From Barthelona sp. PCE (lineage: Eukaryota), in NCBI GenBank assembly GCA_040285745.1, contig JAUFOR010000001.1, positions 620,001 to 684,000 on the forward strand: a DNA stretch of 64,000 bases, written 5' to 3'. Positions within the stretch are counted from its first letter, which is position 1. Each line of letters opens with the position of its first letter. Made by a program: the position numbers and the translations under genes. Under the pieces are notes generated by a model. That model had not been told where the DNA came from. It saw only the letters and a program-made list of their open reading frames with translations, and did no database searches. Of this stretch, positions 11,792-21,392 are shown in pieces.

Positions 11792-13134
11792 TGTTTTTTA
11801 AGTTTCAAAGTACGTAGCAAACGCATAAACTTCTTGCGTTGAGATTTCGATAGCAATAACAATAAAATATAGGAAAAAACCGCAATACCAGTCATTGTCT
11901 TGATGAATGCTGCATAACTGAACGTGCCACCGTTGATCACAAGTGTTCCCTGGAATGGAGCATTTAAGCGAGTCGTAAACTGACTGTTGAATGATCTTGT
12001 GTATGTATCCTCTCCAATGTGACGAATACACTCGCTGATGACCAGATCGAAGAAATCCGAGTCTTTACCTAACAGAACAGAGTGTTTCTTGGCCAACAGA
12101 TGGGAAAGTCCTTTAATTCTATTTGCGTTTGGTAGGTATGATCCACCGACGTTGTTCACGGACTCACCGTCGAGCATTGCGTACATGCGCAACAACCTAA
12201 CACTGTAAAGCATCAATTCGTTTGTGCTGACGTCCTTCGATGTAGTAAACATACCGTTGAATCCTCCAATATAAAAAACATCGGCTGTCACGTTCATAGT
12301 ATCAATGTAAACGTGGCGGGGGTCGGATTTATCGACGGGGGCGCGGATCATGCCATTCATAGTAGCGGCTACTGAGGCCAGCTTGTTATCCTCAGCTGTT
12401 GTATAGAATGTATCACTGGAAAGATCTCCCAAAACGAAAATAACAGTTGCTTCGTTGAAAACGTTCCTGTTTTGATGCTTCCTCTTATACCATTCTATAG
12501 AATCAGCATTCTGCAATTTTGTTCCAAAAATATATGCGAATCCAGTGTCGTTCGTCATAAGTCCGTTGTCTCTGATCGACTTGAGGACGCGTGATGACTC
12601 CAGCGCGGATGTAAGAGCTGCACTAGAGGGACCAAAGAAGGGACGATCACCAATGAGCGATGTCTCATCTAACGGAACAACGGTCAACACTCGGGTATCT
12701 GCCGCATTGAACTCGCTCTCATCGATATAGGAACGGATAACTTTAGTGCTAATAGCCTTGATAGGCTTATTATTGCGGCATTTAACTTTAATTTCGTCAG
12801 AGTTGTCAAGTTCAGGCAATGGTTCATCAACAAATAGGATGGTCTTGTTGGTTTCCTTGGGTAAATCGACAAGGAAACGTTCGAAATTAGGACCTTGAAC
12901 GATGATGAAATCGCTTTCCGAATCAATACACTCTGTGACAGTCTTAGGGTTCACAAGGCAAATTTCTGAAGCAGGTGCAGTGAATGAGCACCTCCTGGAA
13001 CCAAATTCACGCACTACACTACCTTTTTCTGTTGTCTTTGTCACTACATCGTAACTGTTATACCGATAAACAGGGTACACTGATGCCAGGGCGAATGAGA
13101 GAAGCCCGAGAAGTAGCAATAATGATGTTTTCAT
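11788..13134 (-). CDS. Divergent nicalin-like ER membrane protein
   Basis: Signal peptide and a single C-terminal TM. YPVYRYNSYD...FGSR resembles nicalin FTVYRMQQYD...YGTR; SAALTSALESSRVL and FAYIFGTKLQNADSIEW parallel its inactive M28-like domain. Confidence 0.55.
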   Translation of the reverse strand: MKTSLLLLLGLLSFALASVYPVYRYNSYDVVTKTTEKGSVVREFGSRRCSFTAPASEICLVNPKTVTECIDSESDFIIVQGPNFERFLVDLPKETNKTILFVDEPLPELDNSDEIKVKCRNNKPIKAISTKVIRSYIDESEFNAADTRVLTVVPLDETSLIGDRPFFGPSSAALTSALESSRVLKSIRDNGLMTNDTGFAYIFGTKLQNADSIEWYKRKHQNRNVFNEATVIFVLGDLSSDTFYTTAEDNKLASVAATMNGMIRAPVDKSDPRHVYIDTMNVTADVFYIGGFNGMFTTSKDVSTNELMLYSVRLLRMYAMLDGESVNNVGGSYLPNANRIKGLSHLLAKKHSVLLGKDSDFFDLVISECIRHIGEDTYTRSFNSQFTTRLNAPFQGTLVINGGTFSYAAFIKTMTGIAVFSYILLLLLSKSQRKKFMRLLRTLKLKKH

Positions 13135-13270
13135 GTGAAAGAGAGTTTATTGCGTAAAACGAATTAGATGATGTTTGACTCGGTTTAAAAGAGGTAACAT
13201 GTGCAAGTAATCCACACAATGAAGATTATACACCGAGTAAACGATATATAGAACACAATCTTTATTAAAT

Positions 13271-13867
13271 TTATCTGCGAGCGTATAGAAGCTCAGATGA
13301 GAGGCGTTTATCGGTTTTCTTGTGATTGCACCCTGTAAGAATGCAAAAATCCCGATCACTGGCTATGATGCTTGAATTAATATGGTCAATAGCTTTAATC
13401 GCCTCTCTTACGGATAAAGCTGTTGTATCAAACAAAAAGGTCACGTTTTCAGCAGGAATAGATGCTAAAAACACACGTAACTGCAGCAAAGAATCAAAAA
13501 AGAAAAATGAAACTTTATGGAGCAGTTTTTGAACTGATTCCAGGTTCTTCATGTGAGTGAAACACAGTTCTAGCAGGGAAACAACGTCAAATTTTGAAGA
13601 AAATGACACCATCGCAACGTTTCGAAATTGACCAGCATAACTTATTGGTATCACATAGTATGCAATTAGATGACATAAAAGCTCATGCACCATCCGCTTG
13701 GGAACGGTCAGACACAGTTTCAAATTCGGAAGATGTCTGTACGAATTTAAAACGCTCAAGTATCGGTTTTCAAGAATATTACCATAAAATAGGCCCACAT
13801 GCTCTTCCTCTGTCTTCCCCACAATCCAATCTGCTGCAGTGATCGATGTGGATAAAATATTATTCAT
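13271..13867 (-). CDS. RAD51-paralogue (XRCC2-like) protein, no Walker A; 3' end uncertain
   Basis: ELLCHLIAYYVIPISYAGQFRNVAMVSFSSKFDVVSL aligns by eye with XRCC2 [37 protein letters not shown]; ATG at 13867. Confidence 0.5.
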   Translation of the reverse strand: MNNILSTSITAADWIVGKTEEEHVGLFYGNILENRYLSVLNSYRHLPNLKLCLTVPKRMVHELLCHLIAYYVIPISYAGQFRNVAMVSFSSKFDVVSLLELCFTHMKNLESVQKLLHKVSFFFFDSLLQLRVFLASIPAENVTFLFDTTALSVREAIKAIDHINSSIIASDRDFCILTGCNHKKTDKRLSSELLYARR

Positions 13868-14033
13868 CACAGGAAAAGGGTTAAAATGAAAAACATAGTA
13901 TTAAAGGATTCTATCCTTTTTAGAGGTATGGTAACGCTTACTTATCCAGTTAACAGACCAGTGAGAGATTTTCAATCATATGACACAGTTATAACTTTGT
14001 TATTTTTTTTCTCACCAATATCACATATTCAGA

Positions 14034-15575
14034 ATGAAAAAACCAACTAAGCAAATTGAAATTATATTTGAATACGATTCTAGTATAAAATACATCAGAT
14101 TCCGCAGCCCAAAAAAAAACAAAGTTTTTAGAGTTCAATTCGATAAGAACAGCCACAATTTGTATTTTAATTTAAGAACAGAAGACCGAGGGGAAGATTT
14201 AGACGTTGAGTTCGACGTTCTCGATCAAGATAAGCATTTATTTTTCCAAGCCTCATTTGGTGTTGATCAAGATGTGAACAGTCATTCAGAAACATTCTTT
14301 AAGGCAGTTTACCAACATTTAATTGTGCACCGTGATACCAAAAAGCAAAGAAAAAGAGATTTTCTCCCAACCAAGCGTCAACGTATCATCCTTACTGGTG
14401 AGACAAGGAATTATATGATGGTCTTAGACATGATCAAGGACTTCATTGAGAGATCCCCTAATCAGGACAGAGTAGCTGTTGAGCTCAAACGAGTGTTAGA
14501 GCAAACGCCTAATGCCAATGAGCGTTTTAACCAAGGTATTCAGGAAATCAACCGCTACATTAGACGCAGCGTTGACCCCAGGCTCGAGTTTGTTCCCCAT
14601 GGTTCATGCATCTCGGGAATTCTTACCAAGAGTTCCGATATCGATGGTTCAATCCTTATACACACGGAAGGCACAACTGCTGGGCTCCTCGATAGCCCCA
14701 ACTGGTACACAAACCCAAGGAAACTGTTGTACAGATTGGGCAATGTTTTTGAAAACAACCATGATTTTGAGATCATGGAGATGATTAATCATAAGAGAAT
14801 AAGGGTACCGCTGTTGAAGGTTGTACACAACACTGACCTGGACATGGATATTACGGCTTTCAATCCAAACGGCTTCATCAACAGTCATTGCATGTGGTTG
14901 TATTTACGTAGTTCTCCTCTACTTTCTGCTATTCTGTTGAAGTTGAAGCTATTCACGAAGGAAAAAGGTATATGCGATGGGTCTAAAGGGTTACCGTCAT
15001 CGTACGGTTGGCAACTCATTATGTTGTGCTGGTTCGCCAGCCACCCAGAGGTAAAGAAGTGTGGAGGTTTACAGTGCCGAACTCTGGAGGCCGATCACCT
15101 CTTCAAGCCATTGAAGATGCAACTGGTCCCGGAGTCGCACAGAAAACTGTTAAAAGAAACCGTGGAATCATGTGATTACGTGAACTACAGATTTGATACA
15201 CGGGAGGCTAAGCTCGATCTTCCATCTTCACTCACTGTGGATAGCATGTGGAACGATTTTGTCAAATTTATGTGCTTTGCTGACTTTGGAACAATAGTTT
15301 TTGACTCTCACTCGCTCACAATTCGAAAAATCAATACAACACGTGAAAAGTTCAACGTCATTGATTTGTTCGAACCGCGTATGATCACACACGTCCATGG
15401 TGCCAACCTGGGTATGCTCTTTAAAACATTCCGTGATGAGAAGCAGTTGATATCAGAGCTTGGTAGAGTAGAAGCTGACGACATCTATGTTCCAGCATCA
15501 TTACGCAAGGTATTCAAGGATCATAACTCAGAGCGCGTGCGCGTGGTGGGATGTGAAGAGGAATGGTCGGACTAG
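14034..15575 (+). CDS. Non-canonical terminal nucleotidyltransferase (TUTase/Cid1/GLD-2-like)
   Basis: HGS-x10-SDIDG catalytic motif, third Asp in DMDIT, LKLF..KGI.DGSKGLPSSYGW, and PAP-associated VIDLFE. Confidence 0.88.
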   Translation: MKKPTKQIEIIFEYDSSIKYIRFRSPKKNKVFRVQFDKNSHNLYFNLRTEDRGEDLDVEFDVLDQDKHLFFQASFGVDQDVNSHSETFFKAVYQHLIVHRDTKKQRKRDFLPTKRQRIILTGETRNYMMVLDMIKDFIERSPNQDRVAVELKRVLEQTPNANERFNQGIQEINRYIRRSVDPRLEFVPHGSCISGILTKSSDIDGSILIHTEGTTAGLLDSPNWYTNPRKLLYRLGNVFENNHDFEIMEMINHKRIRVPLLKVVHNTDLDMDITAFNPNGFINSHCMWLYLRSSPLLSAILLKLKLFTKEKGICDGSKGLPSSYGWQLIMLCWFASHPEVKKCGGLQCRTLEADHLFKPLKMQLVPESHRKLLKETVESCDYVNYRFDTREAKLDLPSSLTVDSMWNDFVKFMCFADFGTIVFDSHSLTIRKINTTREKFNVIDLFEPRMITHVHGANLGMLFKTFRDEKQLISELGRVEADDIYVPASLRKVFKDHNSERVRVVGCEEEWSD

Positions 15576-15581
15576 ATGGAT

Positions 15582-18500
15582 TTATTCGGATTCGGAACAG
15601 CTGAGACAGAAGAACTGATTATGAGTCCTCACAAGACACGTGGTATGTGCGAGACAGTGGCAACGGCTGCACTTCCCGACTGTGCCGTAGTAAACATCAA
15701 TGGCATTGATATTGCGCGTCAGCTCTGTCTTCTTGTTCACATGCTTCACATGGATGCAACGATGAGAGCAGCACGTAATTGTTCCATTGATGCAGTTGGT
15801 GCACGCGTGTATGTGGTCGCATATGTTCTCACTAAGTGCGTTCAAAAAATCAAGCATCACTGCGCGATTTGAACCGGTTGAGAGGTAGTTCATCATGTGA
15901 AGGCTTATTCGTGGCTCCGTTAACATGAAAGGGAATAAAAACGAGCACAGTAGCTCATAATAATCGTTAACAAGCTTGCATCCTATATGATGGATGAAGC
16001 AAAACGAAAGCGCAATTCTGCGCGCTTTGGCCACAATTTCAGACAGAGGAGACTGTTTATCCATCAAAACAGTAACTTTGGCCGTCGGAATGTCGAATTG
16101 GGCTTCGATTCTGTCAAGACAGAAGGTACAAACCAGTTTTTGTGTAAAATCTCCCTTTGCGACGCTGGACATCAGTACAGATGTACCTCCAGCACAAACA
16201 TCGCAGAAATGGCGGGAACAATGCGCACATTGCCCACAAGATTCGCCCATCTTTATACTCATGCACACGTTGCATCTCTCCTTCATATTGGGGACTAGTG
16301 ATTGGTTGATGCCGAGAACACGCTCTGCATCGCTCAGAACAGTGCTGTGGATGATCTGTGAAAGGAAAGCACGCACACCAGGATTGAAAGTTGTGCTTGT
16401 TGAGAAAGCATCAAAAACTGCGAGCATGACTTTTTCTACTGGAGTCCCGTTCTCACCGTACACACTATCAATGACATCGCCCATGGTTCTTTCCATTGTT
16501 GGGTATTTGAGTATGCTATCACAATCAACCGTTTGCAGCGTTCGACTCAAAAAATCAGCAACGAGCAGAGTACTCAGCTCTTCATCGGAACGCGTCGTCC
16601 TGTTTAGTGTCGTTTTCGTCGCTTCTGCCATGCTACGTGTAAAGAAAGGACGATCCTCAAATATTCTTTGGAAGTCTTCGTAACTCAGCACCTTTGTGTA
16701 TGAAAAGTTGTTATCTAAAATTTGCCTCATCTCAACGAGAGCACTGTTAACATTCGGAGCAAAAATTGGTCTCCGGATTGCGCATGATGTTGATGGCATT
16801 TCTGGTATATTCATATCATTAACTGTACGAAAGCTAACTGTTGAAGATGGAACCGGAACAACAGTGCACGGCAGTTCGTCGATAGCGAAAAAATCCAACT
16901 CAGTTATGTCAATCTTGTTCGGTGAATTGGTGCTGGCGAATTGTGTAGATTCAAGTGATGTGAGCGGGGTTTGTGAAGGAGAGTGGAAAGTAGACTTGAG
17001 CTCTTCAACAACGCTCATCTCTATTGGTGATGCGTCACTTTGTACTGTGGCAGTTGCAGTTTTCACTAATCGTGATGTTTTTCGTGTGGGGGGATCAAAA
17101 GCATTCATCCAGCTCTTAAACAACCTCTTGTCCTCACTGGGCAACTTGATACGCGCACTGACCCTGTTGTTTCGCCTCGTGTTCTTGGTGAATCCAATTA
17201 CATCATCTAACTTATCACTAAATTGATTAAAGTTAGATTGAAGGTATATGTTGAACAGTAATGCAGCGTACATAGTATGCTGACTGTTTGGGCGCTGAGT
17301 TTTGGCCCCACTTTTAACTATTTCGGAGTATGTGTTGATGATGTTGTTTAGCACTTGTCTCGATGTAACTGTTTGATTAAGATTAAGTTCAGGAATCAAT
17401 CCATCAAAAGTACCAATAAAGTTGCCTTCGTTGAATAGAACAACAGCTAGAAGGTTATATATTATTGTAAAATTGATAAACTTCTTATCCAATGCTAAAA
17501 CAACCGTCTCAAAAACTTTAAAAATTTGCTTAACAACTTTTCGTTCATAAATCTTCAATGTGCAGTGCAAACTGTTTAGATTAAGATGGTTGAAATCTGA
17601 TATAAACTCTTCAGCATTGAAATTCAAAAAGAGCAAAAAATAAAAGTCCAAAAATTTTCGCTTCAATGTAGTGTTATAATTAAAGTATTCAGTCAGTTCC
17701 TGGCACTCTATCCCGTAAAAGTGGTCATCTAAGAGTGCACGATATTTGAAAGAAGCAAATGAAGGATTGAAATTTGTGCTTTTGAAGAACAGCTGATCAA
17801 TAAAGGTAAACCGTTTTGCCAGCTGGTTTTTGACCGATGCTATGTTGTTTGCAAGTACCGTATCCTGCATATTAACAAAGAAATTAAGAAAAAGTTGCAT
17901 ACCATGGTTAAATGGGTTCTCAGTATTTAACAAGAACTTCAGATTGCCATTAAAGTTTAACTCACTCTTGTAACTTGTAATTAAATCCTTCTGAGAGTAT
18001 TCTAATAGTATTGATTCAAGAATATCAAAAAAAGTTATTTTCGCACTGTAATTAGAAAAGAATTGATGAAATACATTCAGCAATGGGATCTTGTTGGTCT
18101 TTTCGTCCAATAACTCAAAGAGGCTTCTGTTAAAAAAGAAATCTGGTTGGATCTCAGTTAGTTTCATTGGTGGTATACTATAACCCTCCACCATAACACG
18201 TGATTTGAAATCCTCGTTTGCCAATGGGTTTTCGAAAACTGTTTCTGGGATTATTTGAGTATTATCAATACTGAGACATTTTATGGGCTGTTGAGCACTT
18301 TTTATCGGTCTTAATAGACTAGATAGCGTGAAATTGTCTCGAAATGATTGCATGCGTAACGAATGATGCGTCTGAATACCCAAATAACTGATTGATTCCC
18401 GAAGAGAATGCGTATTCTCAGAGAGTGGATTAGGAACGTTGCTCATCGTGAAAGATGTATCATGCATGTTCCATGGGTCGTTTGCAAATGTGTGACTGTT

Positions 18501-18596
18501 TGAATCTTCTGCATCGTAGAAAGATTGAGTCTGAATTGATTCAACTCCAAACCTATCCAGGTAATCATCATAGTTATAGTTGCTACTGTCGTCCAT
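15582..18596 (-). CDS. Protein with C-terminal Rubicon-homology (Rubicon/PLEKHM1/DEF8-type) zinc-binding domain
   Basis: Cys/His pattern CNVC..CAHCSRHFCDVC..GDFTQKLVC..., HIHACTNC..., CSRCHCLAHTTC...CLSC matches the RH (zf-RING_9) layout. Confidence 0.7.
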   Translation of the reverse strand: MDDSSNYNYDDYLDRFGVESIQTQSFYDAEDSNSHTFANDPWNMHDTSFTMSNVPNPLSENTHSLRESISYLGIQTHHSLRMQSFRDNFTLSSLLRPIKSAQQPIKCLSIDNTQIIPETVFENPLANEDFKSRVMVEGYSIPPMKLTEIQPDFFFNRSLFELLDEKTNKIPLLNVFHQFFSNYSAKITFFDILESILLEYSQKDLITSYKSELNFNGNLKFLLNTENPFNHGMQLFLNFFVNMQDTVLANNIASVKNQLAKRFTFIDQLFFKSTNFNPSFASFKYRALLDDHFYGIECQELTEYFNYNTTLKRKFLDFYFLLFLNFNAEEFISDFNHLNLNSLHCTLKIYERKVVKQIFKVFETVVLALDKKFINFTIIYNLLAVVLFNEGNFIGTFDGLIPELNLNQTVTSRQVLNNIINTYSEIVKSGAKTQRPNSQHTMYAALLFNIYLQSNFNQFSDKLDDVIGFTKNTRRNNRVSARIKLPSEDKRLFKSWMNAFDPPTRKTSRLVKTATATVQSDASPIEMSVVEELKSTFHSPSQTPLTSLESTQFASTNSPNKIDITELDFFAIDELPCTVVPVPSSTVSFRTVNDMNIPEMPSTSCAIRRPIFAPNVNSALVEMRQILDNNFSYTKVLSYEDFQRIFEDRPFFTRSMAEATKTTLNRTTRSDEELSTLLVADFLSRTLQTVDCDSILKYPTMERTMGDVIDSVYGENGTPVEKVMLAVFDAFSTSTTFNPGVRAFLSQIIHSTVLSDAERVLGINQSLVPNMKERCNVCMSIKMGESCGQCAHCSRHFCDVCAGGTSVLMSSVAKGDFTQKLVCTFCLDRIEAQFDIPTAKVTVLMDKQSPLSEIVAKARRIALSFCFIHHIGCKLVNDYYELLCSFLFPFMLTEPRISLHMMNYLSTGSNRAVMLDFLNALSENICDHIHACTNCINGTITCCSHRCIHVKHVNKKTELTRNINAIDVYYGTVGKCSRCHCLAHTTCLVRTHNQFFCLSCSESE

Positions 18597-18699
18597 TGGG
18601 GCAAGTAGGAGGTTTCATGACTGAAAGGGGAAGAAAACAAGTAAACATCAATTGTTTTTACACATCTTTACCATTTCATATCTCTGACCTCCAATATTA

Positions 18700-20421
18700 A
18701 TGACAGAGGCAGAGAGCATCAACTTTGACGATTTCGAGGACGCATTAGGGCTTAGTCCAGAAATAGAAGAACAATTGGAAGAAGAAGAACCAGAAATGAA
18801 GTTTACACCTATAGCAAAGTTATCTTTGGGCGTGAGCGCACCATCTTCGGTCTTTTCATCAACTGTAAGTTCTACAGCAGGGTTTGCCGCTGATATGGAA
18901 ATAGATTCACCAAGTTCAGTAGTGCAACATGAGTTTATGATCAAGAATCTTGATACAGGCGAGGTTTTCGAAGTAGACAACAGCAGCCGTGAGACTGATG
19001 AGATTGTAATACGACCTCGTGAAGATCTTGTTTTTGAGAACAAGCGTGTCCAAAAGAAGAAGAAAGACAGAGGAAATCAGCTTATGAAGGACCTGTATCT
19101 ACGCGGAAACATCAGTGACAAAGACTTTTTAACAGAGACAGATGTCACCGAACACGACGACGATGGTTTTGAATCAACTCCACTTGAGAGCAATGGTGTC
19201 CGCGTCAAAACACACAAGAAAATGTCTGTTCTCGAGCTGAACCAGCTGCATTTCATCCAAGGATTCCGTCCTTTTGACAGTGAAGTTCTAGATATGAAGT
19301 TCAGTCCAGACGGTCAGTATCTTGCAGTTGCAGGTGAGAACGGTGAGATCAAGGTTTTTGTGGTACAGGACGTAGACTCTAACGTCAATCAGTCGATGTG
19401 CCCTGTTGATCAGCAGCCTTATTTCAAACATCCGCTGAGACATGCCACTATTCCCCCAGAACAGAAGAGTTTCCTTGACTTTGAGCCAGTGGTGGTCCTG
19501 CAAGGGCACACGGCGGCTGTTCTTAGTCTTTCGTGGTCACCATTTCAGCAGAACCCACAAGCTAATGGTTTCTTGATCAGTGCATCGGCAGATTGCACGG
19601 TAAGGCTATGGCATATATCTCGCTCCACCCCTCTGGCAATGTTCGTACACACTGATATTGTACTTGACTGCGCTTTCTGCCCTGTCGACAACAGGTTCTT
19701 TGTTTCGAGTTGTCTCGACGGTAGGATAAGGCGGTGGAACATTCCAGAGAGTAAGCTGAGTGCATGGGCTGATAGCAGGAACGTGCCAATAACAGTTTCG
19801 TGGTTTACACCAGATAACAGAACAAACGCGTTCGGGATAATTGCCTGTGGCACACTGAATGGTTACACTCAACTGTATCACGGTGATGAGCTTAAATTCT
19901 TCACCCAATTCGAAATCAAATCGAAGAAGGGAAAGAGGAAGAGAGGCCAAAAGGTAACAGGATTCAACATGGTAGGGCACGACCAACTGCTCATTAGTTC
20001 AATGGATTCGAGGATACGGTTGTACAATCTCAACGATTTCACGGTTACTCGTAAGTACAAGGGACATTTGCTTGAGAGGAGCGACATGGCAGTTTCGGTG
20101 GATACTGAGACCAAGCATATTGTGTGTGCTTCAGAGGACGGGAAAGTGTATATGTGGAACACAGTTTCGAATTATGTTCCTGCGTTTAATCCACGCTTCT
20201 TCCGGTTCAGATCGGACCACAATGAGTCATATGAGTACTTCAGGGCGTCGACATCTGTTCCTACCGGAGCGCTGGTTGCACCTTCGTCAAGTCTTGAAGT
20301 TTTCTTTGGGCAGAGTATGGAAGAAACCAATGGTGCTCCTGGAATAACGTTTGTTGTTTCAGATGTCAACGGTAACATTTTGATTTATCAAAACAGTCTT
20401 GTTGAACCTGTTGTCTTGTAA
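18700..20421 (+). CDS. WDR44: WD40 protein, WDR44-like
   Basis: MKFSPDGQYLA, GHTAAVLSLSWS, SASADCTVRLWHI, FCPVDNRFFVSSCLDGRIRRWNIP, SSMDSRIRLY and ASEDGKVYMW follow the WDR44 pattern. Confidence 0.82.
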   Translation: MTEAESINFDDFEDALGLSPEIEEQLEEEEPEMKFTPIAKLSLGVSAPSSVFSSTVSSTAGFAADMEIDSPSSVVQHEFMIKNLDTGEVFEVDNSSRETDEIVIRPREDLVFENKRVQKKKKDRGNQLMKDLYLRGNISDKDFLTETDVTEHDDDGFESTPLESNGVRVKTHKKMSVLELNQLHFIQGFRPFDSEVLDMKFSPDGQYLAVAGENGEIKVFVVQDVDSNVNQSMCPVDQQPYFKHPLRHATIPPEQKSFLDFEPVVVLQGHTAAVLSLSWSPFQQNPQANGFLISASADCTVRLWHISRSTPLAMFVHTDIVLDCAFCPVDNRFFVSSCLDGRIRRWNIPESKLSAWADSRNVPITVSWFTPDNRTNAFGIIACGTLNGYTQLYHGDELKFFTQFEIKSKKGKRKRGQKVTGFNMVGHDQLLISSMDSRIRLYNLNDFTVTRKYKGHLLERSDMAVSVDTETKHIVCASEDGKVYMWNTVSNYVPAFNPRFFRFRSDHNESYEYFRASTSVPTGALVAPSSSLEVFFGQSMEETNGAPGITFVVSDVNGNILIYQNSLVEPVVL

Positions 20422-20482
20422 ATATTTTCATTTTTATTTGTTCTTCTTTGTAGATACACACAATATTTATACATTAGACAGG

Positions 20483-20848
20483 TTAGTTTTTGGCAATGTT
20501 TAGCAATTTAGTTGCTTCAATTCTGCAATAGTCAATGAGTGTTTGCCTGTCCAACTTAGGTTTTTCTTTTTTTTGTTTCTTCTGTGATCTGGGATTTCTA
20601 GGCTCGTTGTATGGGTTAGAGGTATTAATTATTTCAGATTCAGAGAGACGTTTGTTGATTGGAATAAAAGGTGTTTTCAATAAATTTTCAATAAAGATAC
20701 TATCTTTCATATTTTCTTCTGTAGCAGCATTTTTGGTTCCTTGATGGTCTGCAGTTGCTACAGAAGCCGTCCTAGATCTTTTGAGAGAGAAGATTTGCAC
20801 ATTTTGAGTTTTTTTGGTTGACTTCGGAGTGTAACGGTCGAGTTCCAT
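20483..20848 (-). CDS. Hypothetical basic protein, 121 aa
   Basis: ATG-initiated ORF filling the gap between WDR44 and the saposin gene. Confidence 0.55.
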   Translation of the reverse strand: MELDRYTPKSTKKTQNVQIFSLKRSRTASVATADHQGTKNAATEENMKDSIFIENLLKTPFIPINKRLSESEIINTSNPYNEPRNPRSQKKQKKEKPKLDRQTLIDYCRIEATKLLNIAKN

Positions 20849-21088
20849 TTGTTTGGGTATTTTAATCAGGTTAAAATATGTTTAATAGGATATTTGTATT
20901 GCTTTACAGCTTTCAACCGAAATGCAGGTCAAAAAGTTTTTCCTTCATTATTCCAATTTGTGATAGTTCAGCACATTATCTCGCCCGTTGTAAGCCGAAA
21001 ACAAAAGAATTTTATCCAGTTAAGCACGCCAAGAGGAAAACCGTCACTCATTGTAAATCATTTTCATTTACCTTGTTTTTCTCTTTTC

Positions 21089-21388
21089 ATGAGATCAAAG
21101 ACTTTTATACTGTGCGCACTGGTTTGTGTGTTGTGTCTCATCAGTGTTAGAGCTGATAATTGTGATAGTTGCAAACTTATTGTTGGATTTGCTGAGCAGT
21201 ATATTCAGGGCAATCCTAATTTTACTCAAGAGGAAGCGGAGCAAGTACTTAATGGCGTCTGTGCCTATGTCAAACTGTCGGAGAAGGCTTCATGCTCAGA
21301 TTTGACACAAGTTGTTGTTCAGTATTTTCCTGAACTCAAGGCAGGAACTCCTGCTTTAGAAATCTGTACAAATGCGGGTTACTGCTGA
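21089..21388 (+). CDS. Secreted saposin-like protein (SAPLIP), 99 aa
   Basis: ATG at 21089 after a pyrimidine tract; signal peptide; six-Cys SapB pattern CDSC...VC...C...P.EIC..AGYC. Confidence 0.88.
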   Translation: MRSKTFILCALVCVLCLISVRADNCDSCKLIVGFAEQYIQGNPNFTQEEAEQVLNGVCAYVKLSEKASCSDLTQVVVQYFPELKAGTPALEICTNAGYC

Positions 21389-21392
21389 TTTA

